A DNA stretch of 43,915 bases, from positions 11,593,849 to 11,637,763 of the forward strand of contig NC_069009.1 of the NCBI RefSeq assembly GCF_001194135.2. Reading direction: 5' to 3'. Below the pieces are notes generated by a model. The model was not told the origin of the DNA. It saw only the letters and a list, made by a program, of their open reading frames with translations, and made no database searches. Each line of letters starts with the position of its first letter. Position 1 is the first letter of the stretch. This document shows, piece after piece, positions 35,089 to 43,915 of the stretch. Source of the stretch: Octopus bimaculoides (lineage: Eukaryota). The position numbers and the translations under genes are program-made.

Positions 35089-35276
35089 GCATTTTTTTAG
35101 GCATTCAAGCTACTGAACTGAAAATTGATGATGACTCGAATGACACTGCAAGACGGGGTTTCCTGATGTTATATGAATGGTTTAAAGGTTGTGATCCAGG
35201 TACACGAAATCTCGAAACACTAAGGGCAGCTCTTGAAGAAGCCGAGTGTTCCACTGCACTGCAATATTTATCATAA
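35089..35276 (+). CDS. ANK-RING-Death gene, terminal coding exon (rest of the Death domain and stop)
   Basis: cttttgcag acceptor, phase 1. Encodes (G)IFLGIQATELKIDDDSNDTARRGFLMLYEWFKGCDPGTRNLETLRAALEEAECSTALQYLS, then TAA at 35274-35276. ML..W and TL..AL are Death-fold motifs. Confidence 0.92.
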
Positions 35277-35554
35277 ATGCAAAGTGAATTTCTGTGTAAA
35301 TGTTGTTGTTGCTGTTGTTTAATCCCGGGTTAATCTTGACCAAAGAGGGACTTATGATCAAATCCATTCCAGCCAGGACCATCCTGTTTTTTTTCTTAAA
35401 TGTAGACGACTCAGAACTATATTGTCCTATATGTCCATCTTTAAAGAGATAAGGTGTGAAGTACAGTGGATTTGGCTACTAACCCTAGCAGATCTATCAA
35501 TCATATAGAGTCTCCTTCACATGTTTGGCTCCTTTATTACAAATTAACATTTAA

Positions 35555-35942
35555 AATAAAGACAAACTTTGAAATGTTAACTTGTTGTTGCTGTTGTTTA
35601 AATATTTCCATTGTTATAAAGACTGTTTGAATATCCTCTGGTATATTGATAGTTATCTACCTTCATTTATAGCTGAGAGAAGAATGCCTGATGTATACAT
35701 ATGTCTATATATGTGTGTGTGTGTGTGTCTTTTCTCTTTATAGATCGTATAGAGATAGCATTTCTATACAATGTATGATGTACCTATGGATATCTCAATT
35801 TGACAGACCTCTCCAAAGTGAGGGTGGTTGAATAAAATTTCAGGGGTTTGTTAGTCCAATATACAATATTTTTATTTTATATTCTAGCCTTAGGTTCATT
35901 GTTATTTACTAATTACCATAATTTTTGTCAGTAAAAAATAAA
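35555..35942 (+). promoter_or_regulatory. Candidate polyadenylation signals (AATAAA) in the presumed 3' UTR
   Basis: AATAAA at 35555-35560 and 35937-35942, among others. The context is AT-rich, so chance occurrence is likely. Confidence 0.3.
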
Positions 35943-38900
35943 ACTTTATGATCATACATATGAAAATAAATCCCAAAATTTAAAACTTAATGATAACTGT
36001 GCTGAAAAATCCTGCCATAATAAAATAATGACACAACATTTTGTTATTTTAATTCCATGTGATTGTGGAAAAGCTACAATGTCTTCTTCTTTTCAAATAA
36101 CTTCAGATAAAGGAAGAGTACAGTTTTCCCCTACAATATTTACCTTCTACTCGACTGTTATTGCAAGTTATTTGAACTTGCAATTAAATTTCAAGTTTTT
36201 ACAACAGAAACTGAGATTAAATAAGCAAAACACATGAAACTTTTATGTACATTATAAGATACAAAAGGAATCTCTACCGAGCAAAATTTTGTGAAAGGAG
36301 ATAGGAAAGACTCATAAGTATTATCCACTTCTTGTTGGATTCTTTCATGATGGAAGTGAACAAACCTGGTTGTTTTGAAACTGAATAAAAAATGATATTT
36401 GAATTAGACCAAAGTATATTTTAATTCAGAAATTGGTAAGTAATTACTATTAAAAATGTTTAGTATTAAAACAAAATTATTTAGCATCAAATTTTGTACA
36501 AAATTATTCTAAATAAATTGATAACATATGTTACTGATTTTTTGCTTGAATAACTACGGGTGAAATTATATTCCCACATTATATGCGATGTGAATACACA
36601 GCGAAATAATAAAGTGGTCCGAAGCTGTAAGTTGTTGTTTATATAAACCAGGTGGAATAAATTTAGTTTTAACCCTTTTCAAGGCTTATTTATTGNNNNN
36701 NNNNNNGTCATGCATTACCTTCAAGCTTTGAGATTTCAATGACATTGTGTATTTTCAGAATAATATTGTAGGGTACGTGTGAGAGGCCAGATCTGTCTAG
36801 TTTGGAGATAATACAGGCAGATTGGCCAAACATGGTGAGTTTAAATGCTAAATCTGTAGCAATAAACTTATTTATAAAAGTGCTACTAAAACACTTTTAC
36901 TGACTCTCTAAAACTAAGAAGGGTAAATTCAATCTGTGCTGAGCCTAGATCAGTTCCTGCCACTCTACTAAGTGCTGAGTATTGCACCGCTGCATTGAAG
37001 CTTCGCCGTGCCGGGTCGAGCGCAGTGTGTGTGTGTGCCGGTGTGCTAGGGGCAGACACCTGTCTTGTTACGATATTCAGACCGACAGACAGACAAAGCG
37101 ACAGAGAGAAAGATGTGTGAGAATAAGAAATCGAGATGGCAGAGAGAGAGAGAGAGAGAAAGAGAGAGAAATTGAAGGAGATAGAAAGGGATTAATATAT
37201 AAGGTTAGCATAAAAGGGAGAGTATGAGATGAGAGACAAAGTGAAAGAGGCATGAAGATAGAATATTATATAATGAGGTAGAGAGAGAAATAATGATACA
37301 TAGATTTAGAAAGAGAGGGAGAGTGTGAGGTGGGAGAGAAAGCAAAAGAGGTAGAGGGATATTATGTTATATGAGATGGTGAAGAGGGAGAGAGGGAGAG
37401 AGAAAGGGGAAGAAGAGACAGCGTTAAAGAATTATATGTATGCTTTATGAGAGAGGGAGTATATCACAATAGAGAGAGTAAAGTAGAGAAGGACAGCGGA
37501 CATATTATCTGTGTGTAGGTGGGGGGTAAAAAGAGCAGACGACCATGATGTACAAGAGAAGGCAAGGGAAGTGGAGTGGAATTTTTTCGGTTTGGCTGTC
37601 AGCATCAATTCTGTTCAGAATGATTTTATATTCTGTGTATTAATACACTTTTATTGGCTAATGAATGACGTGAAAATCATTTTCACTATAAGTCAATAAA
37701 TAAAGAGTCATTAGTAATTAAAGTTTGAACATTTTGGTAATTTTAGCCAATCGTAAGCCAAAGATAGATTCATGTCTGTTTCCACAGTAACAAGCGGAAC
37801 ATGAGAACTCTTTTGTCTGCGAGAAAGCACCTGTTGACAAACACCTATCTGTTGACAACTGAGCTTGTGAATTTATTAATTGATCAACAATACGTTTGTT
37901 TGTTTTTTTAATATTTTATTTGTAACGTGTTGTTCATCGCATTTGCATTAAATGCATATTGAATGCTTAAAACTACTTGTTGATTCGTTTCGTTTTTTTT
38001 TGTCATTGAGGTGGTTGTCAGGTGTGCTAAAAATAACAGCTAAATAACGTTTCTTGGATACATCTTTTTAATTATCATAAACGTTTATTTACACGAAAGA
38101 AAATTACTGGAGAACTTTCGTCTAATTCTGCCAGATGTTTCTGTTAAACTGTATTAAAACTAATAAATCTCTGAACGAGGCATAAACAGTAAGCTGCACG
38201 ACAACATGAAGTATATTTGCCACTTAAATGTGGCTAACTACTAAGGGTGGATGCTACTGTAGCTTGTAGCCCCAGGAGAACACCTCCTCCAGCTGGCTAT
38301 TGACATACTTTCTAGGGCACAGACTGGGTGAAAATGATCAAACTTCAAGCCTCTATAACTTTTTAAAAACATTTTTCTGGAAAAAGTGAAATAACTCCAG
38401 CAATTCAGCTTGTAAAAGTATATTAATGTACCAAATTTTTTAATTTTCGATAAACTTTAATTTTTGAAATGCTGGCAGCCAAACCAACTAGATCCGTGGA
38501 TATATTGATATATAATGCGGTGGGAGAGAGATTTTCTAACTATCGTATATTTTTTGTATGAAAGACAACACAAAATTTTAACACACTTGGCTGCTGTTTC
38601 TAGCATCTCGTAAGACGGTCAGAAGGCCAATATTTCTCCAGGTACTTCGTAAAGTGTTCTATCGTTCATGAAAACAATACAGAATATAGTGTGCTGGCCT
38701 GTTGTTTCTAGCATGATACAAGACCACTTGTAGGACAATACATTTTATAGACGCTTTGTCAAGTGTCCTATTTTTATAAGAAAAGCAACACAAATTCGAA
38801 GGCCTTGCTGTTTCACGAAATATGTCAGTGAATATAGAGGTTAGTCTCGTTTATAAATCCTTCTTATGTGTCCTTCACTTATAGATAAATGAAAAATGAA

Positions 38901-39153
38901 CATAGAGAATTTGAAGTCATTTGGTTTCTATTTCGAGCATGAAGGCTGGCCACATTCGGAAATGTCTTTTATTTTTATGAATGCTTTTTAAAGAGTTTTT
39001 TTGTTTTTGTATGAAAAGCAACGTAAATTTGTGTACATCTGGCGGTTATTTCTAGCATGAGGGGAAATCATCTTTTGAACAATTCTTTTTATAAATTCTT
39101 CTAAAATTATGCTTCAATGCCTGGACTATTTGATTTCTTCCGTTATGAACAGG

Positions 39154-39154
<1 letters not shown>

Positions 39155-39211
<57 letters not shown>

Positions 39212-39349
39212 ATGAATGAAAGAAAGAGAGTAAAAAGAAAGAAGGAAAGACAGAAGGAAAGAAAGAAAGAAAGATAGCAGAAAGAAAGAAAGAAAGAAAG
39301 AACGTAAAAAAGAAAGAAGGAAAGAAAGAAAGAAAGTAAGAAAGAAGGA

Positions 39350-39384
<35 letters not shown>

Positions 39385-39452
39385 CAGAAAGAAAGAAAGA
39401 AAGTAAAAAAGAAAGAAAGAAAGACAGAATGAAAGACAGAAACAAAGAAAAA

Positions 39453-39483
<31 letters not shown>

Positions 39484-39540
39484 TAAAAATGAAAGAAAGA
39501 AAGACAGAAGGAAAGAAAGAAAGAAAGTAAAAAAGAAGGA

Positions 39541-39579
<39 letters not shown>

Positions 39580-39789
39580 GAAGGAAGAAGGAAAGAAAGA
39601 TAGCAGAAAGAAAGAAAGAAAGAAGGAAGGAAAGAAAGAAAGAAAGTAAGAAAGAAAGATAGCAGAAAGAAAGAAAGTAAGAAAGAAGGAAAGAAAAAAG
39701 AAATAAAGAAAGAAAGACAGTAAAAAAGAAAGAAAGAAGGAAAGAAAGAAAGAAAGAAAGAAAGAAAGAAGGAAAAAAAGAAAGAAAGT

Positions 39790-39828
<39 letters not shown>

Positions 39829-39912
39829 CACAAACAAAGAAAGAAAGAAAGAAGGAAGGAAAGAAAGAAGGAAAAAAAGAAAGAAAGAAAGAAAGTAAGA
39901 AAGAAAGATAGC

Positions 39913-39951
<39 letters not shown>

Positions 39952-39965
39952 AGGAAGGAAAGAAA

Positions 39966-39996
<31 letters not shown>

Positions 39997-40062
39997 GGAA
40001 AGAAAGATAGCAGAAAGAAATAAAGAAAGAAAGAAAGGAAGGAAGAAGGAAAGAAAGATAGC

Positions 40063-40093
<31 letters not shown>

Positions 40094-40161
40094 ATGAAAG
40101 TAAGAAAGAAAGAAAGTAAGAAAGAAGGAAAGAAAAAAAGAAAGAAACAAAGAAACGAACA

Positions 40162-40217
<56 letters not shown>

Positions 40218-40229
40218 ACGAACGAAAGT

Positions 40230-40273
<44 letters not shown>

Positions 40274-40879
40274 AGGAAAGAAANNNNNNNNNNNNNNNNN
40301 NNNNNNNNNNNNNNNNNNNNNNNNNNNNNNNNNNNNNNNNNNNNNNNNNNNNNNNNNNNNNNNNNNNNNNNNNNNNNNNNNNNNNNNNNNNNNNNNNNNN
40401 NNNNNNNNNNNNNNNNNNNNNNNNNNNNNNNNNNNNNNNNNNNNNNNNNNNNNNNNNNNNNNNNNNNNNNNNNNNNNNNNNNNNNNNNNNNNNNNNNNNN
40501 NNNNNNNNNNNNNNNNNNNNNNNNNNNNNNNNNNNNNNNNNNNNNNNNNNNNNNNNNNNNNNNNNNNNNNNNNNNNNNNNNNNNNNNNNNNNNNNNNNNN
40601 NNNNNNAAGAAAGATAGCAGAAAGAAGGAAAGAAAGAAAGAAGGAAAGAAAGAAAGAAAGAAAGTAAGAAAGAAAGCAAGAAAGAAAGAAGGAAAGAAAG
40701 AAAGAAGGAAAGAAAGAAAGAAAGAAAGAAAGAAGGAAAGAAAGAAAGAAAGTAAGAAAGAAAGATAGCAGAAAGAAAGAAAGAAAGAAAGATAGAAAGA
40801 CAGAAAGAAAGAAAGAAAGAAAGAAGGATAAAAAGAAGGAAAGAAAGATAGCAGAAAGAAAGAAAGAAAGAAAGAAGGA

Positions 40880-40939
<60 letters not shown>

Positions 40940-41081
40940 AGAAAAGAAAGAAGGAAAGAAAGAAAGAATGAAAGAAAGAAAATGAAAGAAAGAAAGAAAG
41001 AAAGAAAGAAGGAAAGAAAGGAAGAAAGGAAGAAAGAAAGAAAGAAAGAAAGAACGAAAGAAAGAAAGAAGGAAAGAAAGC

Positions 41082-41136
<55 letters not shown>

Positions 41137-41169
41137 AGAAAATAAAGAAAGAAGGAAAGAAGGAAAGAC

Positions 41170-41211
<42 letters not shown>

Positions 41212-41551
41212 GAAGAAAGAAATAAAGAAAAAAGGAAAGAAAGAAGGAAAGAAAGAAAGAAATGAAGAAAGAAGGAAAGAAAGAAAGAAGGAAAGAAAGA
41301 AAGAAGGAAAGAAAGATAGCGGAAATAAATAAAGAATGAAAAAAGAAAGAAGGAAAGAAAGAAACAAAGAAGGAAAGAAAGAAAGAAGGAAAGAAAGAAG
41401 GAAAGAAAGAAAGAAGGAAAGAAACAAAGAAAGAAAGAAAGGAGGAAAGAAAGAAACAAACAAACAAACAAAGAAGGAAAGAAAGAAAGAAAGAAGGAAA
41501 GAAAGGAAGAAAGAAAGAAAGAAAGAAAGAGAGAAGGAAAGAAAGAAGGAT

Positions 41552-41593
<42 letters not shown>

Positions 41594-41693
41594 CAAAAAG
41601 AAGGAAAGAAAGAAAGAAGGAAAGAAAGAAAGAAGGAAAGAAGGAAAGAAGGAAAGAAAGAAAGAAAGAAAGAAAGAACGAAAGAAAGAATGA

Positions 41694-41733
<40 letters not shown>

Positions 41734-41745
41734 AATAAAGAAGGA
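39155..41745. repeat. About 2.6-kb compound (GAAA)n/(GGAA)n tract with recurring GATAGCA variants
   Basis: Directly visible; gap at 40284-40606. Confidence 0.97.
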
Positions 41746-41819
41746 AAAAGAGTGAGAGGGAGAGGGAGAGAGGGATTTAGAAGAATACATTTTTAGCAGA
41801 GACGGAGAGTAAGAGTAGA

Positions 41820-41832
41820 GAGACAAAGAGAA

Positions 41833-41920
<88 letters not shown>

Positions 41921-41921
41921 A

Positions 41922-41960
<39 letters not shown>

Positions 41961-41985
41961 TACTGAGACAGACAGACAAAGCGAC
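41820..41985. repeat. (GA)n and (GACA)n microsatellites
   Basis: Directly visible. Confidence 0.95.
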
Positions 41986-43829
41986 AGAGAGAAAGAAGTG
42001 TGGAAATGAGAAATGAAGATGGCAGAGAGAGAAAGATAGAAACTTTGGGAAATAGAAGGAGATAGAGAGGGAGTAGAAAGGGAGTGGTATATAAAGGTTA
42101 GCATGAAAGGGAAAGTATAAGGTAAGAGAGAGAGTAAAAGAGGCGTGGTGGTAGAATATTATATAATGAGGTGGAGGGAGGGGGAAAAGAGAGATGATAA
42201 GACATAGTTTTAGAAAGAGAGGGAGAGAGTGGCGTTTAAAGAAAACAAAAGAGGTAGAGGGATATTATAATGTATAAGGTAGTAAAGAGGGAGGGAATGA
42301 GAGAGAACGCGAGAAAGGGGAAGAAGGAAACAAAGATGACGTATGATACATATGCTTTGTGGGAGAGGGAATGTATTAGTTAAGAGAGAGCAAGGGATTG
42401 GGGAGGCAGAGGGATATAATAATGAATAAAGAAGTGTCAGAGAAAAGTGAGTGAGAGGGAGAGAGAGAGAGAGAGAGTATTAGAGTAGAAAAGGACAGCG
42501 AATGATCTACATCTGTGTGTGGTGGGAGGGGGTGTAATAAGGGAAGGAGACTGTGGTGTTTTGAGAGGACAGAAGAGAGGCGTGGAGTAATATATTAATA
42601 TATAATGAGGTGAGGGTGTGAGATATATAGAAAGACTATTATATATAAAAGGGGGGAGAGTTAGAGGTGAGGGACAATGCAAGAGATGAAAAATACATAA
42701 TGAAATGAGAGGACGCAAGGGAGAAAAAGTAAGGGTAATAACTCTTCTTACATCCCTTTTTGCTTTAACTTGTATTACTTAGACTGTGAAGATTTCCAAG
42801 TATAATTTAATGTGAGTAATAGATCGAAGTGTTTATAACTTATTATCAATAAATAGCGAACTCCTCTCCACATTACTGATTCGTTTTTCGTTTGACATCT
42901 AACAATTTCGTTTATTTTACATTTCCGATCTCTTACTCTTTAGCTTTTCTCTTCCCTACAATCGTCACATAGCGTCAATAGTGGATGGACATGCTAGAAA
43001 TCACAGCCAAATAATCACACAAGAAATGATGAAGTATAAAACCTTTCTATCAATTTTTCAATTTTTAAAAAAAATTGATTTAATTTCTATTTTCTGATTG
43101 GCATTTGGTCAGAAAACTGCAAAGATAAACCAGTGTCTGTGCACTACAAAGAGGACAGCAAGAATATGCAATGGAGCCGTGCACTGGTCGTTGTCCTATT
43201 TCAAGCTGCATATATGTGAAATTAAAATATGAGAGGAAAATGATCAGACTGGAAGCAATGGAAATAGAGCAGTAAATAAGGGAATGTCATGAAAAGAACA
43301 AAAATAAAATTAAGGCTAAAATTAGCGTATATGTTTAGGCAACTAGGGAAAATATTATGTTTAATTTAAAACGTAATTTCAATTTATAAAACAAATAAAA
43401 TTTTCAAATACATGTTTATGATCGTTGAACTTTCTCTTCCACATGGATTCATGGAGAGAAGAAGGTATAGGAAAGTTGGTTATCCATCATCAGATGTATA
43501 CCTGACTTTCCTATATGAAATTAAAGAATGTAACGGAACGCTGAACTCCAGACTATCAACTTAAACAACATTTATTCAGGTGGTAAATATATACATCTTT
43601 GGCTCTTATTGTTACAGCTTCTATGTGTGTGAGCATAGTTGTTGGGACGTTGTTATGTAGATGTGAGCGAGCTGTCGAGTGTAAGTCCGAAAGATGGAGA
43701 GTGACAGCTATACACGTAAAGAGACTGTCTCCAGGCTGGAATGTTGGAGACACTGCTTGACACGTCCATGCTCATGGTCGGCCGACCGAGAAAGAGATAG
43801 AATTAAGCGGGAAAGCTTGCTTGTTTAAA

Positions 43830-43880
43830 TCCACGCATGCGTGAGACTACGCATGCGCACGGCGTTACTACAAAGGCGTC
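43830..43880. promoter_or_regulatory. CpG-rich promoter-like patch with two NRF1-type GCATGC palindromes
   Basis: ACGCATGCGT at 43833-43842 and ACGCATGCGCA at 43849-43859, plus ACTACAA, in an otherwise CpG-poor window. Confidence 0.4.
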
Positions 43881-43915
43881 AAGTGTTTCATGTGGTGATC
43901 GTAATATTTGTTTCT

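Noticed and set aside
5774-35276. Assigning the symbol MIB1 or MIB2 to the gene
   Set aside because: The architecture differs (one RING plus a Death domain) and the N-terminal MZM/REP region is not visible, so orthology cannot be claimed.
36960-37060. CpG-rich patch considered as a Helitron terminus
   Set aside because: No clear subterminal hairpin plus CTRR end and no A|T insertion site could be established.
39052-41979. ORFs of 781-975 aa (FLSF-rich on minus, KERK-rich on plus)
   Set aside because: They are translations of the (GAAA)n tract, which lacks stop codons by composition.

Overview
Eukaryotic, repeat-rich genomic DNA from a gapped assembly (about 15 N-runs). The SINE, LINE and microsatellite content looks like an octopus or other coleoid cephalopod; this is inferred, not proven. 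The main feature is the 3' part of one spliced plus-strand gene spanning 5774-35276. I reconstructed nine GT-AG exons with consistent phases, most of them missing from the ORF track. They encode ankyrin repeats, a C3HC4 RING finger, a short repeated linker and a Death domain: [358 protein letters not shown]. The ANK-RING part resembles the C-terminal half of Mind bomb, but a Death domain sits where Mind bomb has RING2 and RING3. Between the RING and Death exons lie five dispersed copies of one intron-exon-intron unit. Two carry frame-preserving 51-nt mini-exons, one carries the 72-nt first Death exon, one has had its exon deleted and one is a fragment. The exons have diverged far more than their flanking introns. 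The introns hold tRNA-type SINEs, decayed RTE, CR1-like, R4/Dong and Penelope retroelements (the last with a hammerhead-like motif), maT and mariner remnants, a MITE whose core has expanded into an 85-bp tandem array, two long hairpins, an interstitial telomeric repeat and a 2.6-kb (GAAA)n tract. There are no prokaryotic features, CRISPR arrays, rRNA genes or intact tRNA genes.
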